DNA of 64,000 nucleotides from Utricularia gibba (taxonomy: Eukaryota; Plantae; Magnoliophyta), in NCBI GenBank assembly GCA_002189035.1, contig NEEC01000027.1, positions 496,001 through 560,000 on the forward strand, read 5' to 3'. The notes beneath the pieces were generated by a model, which made no database searches, had not been told where the DNA came from, and was given only the letters and a program-made list of their open reading frames with translations. Numbering within the stretch: position 1 is the stretch's first letter; every line of letters begins with the position of its first letter. The translations under genes were made by a program, and so were the position numbers. This document shows, one piece after another, positions 62,480 through 64,000 of the stretch.

Positions 62480-64000
62480 ATGGGAATTGGGGAAGCGAGC
62501 ACACCTACAAAATCACCTAAGCCTGCATCATCAGCACCTGTACCGTGTACTTTTTGTTTATGTTTCGCCTCAGCACAGGTATAAACCTTTAATTCTTGTC
62601 GTTACAGGAAGTATCTGTGACACCTGCTATGCCTGCATATCCTGATTGGGCGAGCTCTGTTCAGGTTTTTATCTTCTATTTAGTTCTTTTTGTTCTCCAA
62701 TTTCTTTCATTGGTTGTCTTTCCACTGAAAAAAAAGTGAGAAAGATGCAGTTTTTCTCATCATTGTAGGCTCTATATGGCGCCGGAGCCACCCCTTCTTA
62801 CTTTGCCTCAGGCGTTGCTTCCCCAGCGCCGCATCCCTATTTGTGGGGCGGCCAGGTTAATACAGAATAGGACATGAACACTAGATTCATTGTTTTTTAT
62901 TAGGATTCTCTGGTACCAACATATACCGTAGCTGTGTGTTTTCATTGATTTCAGCATCCAATAATGGCACCTTATGGTACCCCAGTGCCTTATCCAGCTC
63001 TGTATCCTCATGGAGGACTGTACCCTCGTCCCAATATGGCCCTGGTAACTGAAGCAAGAGTGCTGGATCTTTTCTTGAATTGCAATAACTGACATGGGAG
63101 TCTTCTGGAGCCGGTTTATTTCACTTTTTTTGACTCGTTTTATAGACTCCTGGTGCAGTACACGGCACATCAGAGCAAGAAACCATGGCAGCTGAAGGGA
63201 AAGAACGGGCTACCAGAAAACCACCGGAGGGTTCAGTAAGCCATTCTGTTAAAACTGGGGATGCCGGCAACACTGCTTCCGGCTCTCTGAATGATATTGA
63301 TGCTCAAAGGTGCTTCAGAAAATCTAGTTTCTTAATGTATCTCTTTTGCCAGAGCGCCTTCCTTGATCTTTGTCATGGTTAACATGCTATTTGTCTAATA
63401 ATTTGTTTCTATGAAAAGTGCTGAAAGTGGGAGTGGAGGTTCATCAGATGGAAGTGAAAATCATGCAAACCAGATGGTTTCTCAGCTTAAGCTCCCCTTC
63501 TTTTCTTTTGAATGCGATGAATGTACTAAAGACACCTGATCATCATTACAGGAATATTCAGCTCCCAAGGAAAAAAGCTTCAACCAAATGCTTGCTGACG
63601 GTGTGTGGCTTCAGTGTGTACAAATTTTTTTCATCTTGTCTGAGCTGACTAGTTTTGCAGGGGCAAGTGCAGGGAATAATGGCCCGCCTAGTGATTACCA
63701 GGCACGAGTGCTCGGCAGTGCAGCAGCAGTTCCTGCGAAGAATCCTAATACTGGAACGGGTTTTCCAAATTCCGGTCCTGGTCCGGGGGTTATGGAACTG
63801 CCTTCTGGAGTTTCTCCTTCTGTTGCAAAAGAACAATGGATTCAAGTACTTCCTGTGTCCCTGGGGAATGAAAGAATTACCATTGAATCTTGTTTCTTGT
63901 TATACTTTCTGGAGAATGATGCAGGATGCTCATGGTTGCAGCATGAGCGTGAGCTGAAAAGGCAAAAGAGAAAGCAATCTAATCGTGAGTCTGCAAGGAG
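62480..64000 (+). CDS. G-box binding factor, group G bZIP, GBF1-like (continues past the window end)
   Basis: Pro-rich N-terminus (YPDWASSVQ, PHPYLWGGQ, PYGTPVPYPALYP) and basic region ERELKRQKRKQSNRESAR at the window edge. Confidence 0.92.

Overview
Gene-dense nuclear DNA from a compact flowering-plant genome: about 22 intron-containing protein genes and 2 tRNA genes in 64 kb, most introns 65-130 nt. In order: PPR protein (At4g35850-like, partial), trihelix TF, ATN1-like kinase, BAR-domain/proline-rich protein, mitochondrial phosphate carrier, polygalacturonase, YTH/ECT protein, 1-Cys peroxiredoxin, RWA acetylation protein, phospholipase D zeta, a small conserved 'PIYLVT' protein, TCTP, HD-Zip II, PEP carboxykinase, an HMG-box/transposon-like/SINA gene, a RING SINA-like E3, ClpP3, two tRNA-Thr(UGU), an ABHD17-like hydrolase, an 'SPRISF/ADELF' protein, RPS7, NSRP1, RbcS and GBF1-like bZIP (partial). 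The standout is a manually spliced 8-exon, ~617-aa model (45484-42904, minus) joining an HMG box, a Mutator/PMD-like domain and a RING-less SINA zinc-finger/TRAF module in one frame. Also notable: a tandem tRNA pair with no terminator between the copies and a genomic CCA on the second, and RbcS head-to-head with a GBF1-like gene. Four genes carry a 1-nt deletion in a G/C homopolymer, most likely assembly error. All family assignments are from recalled motifs; no searches were run.
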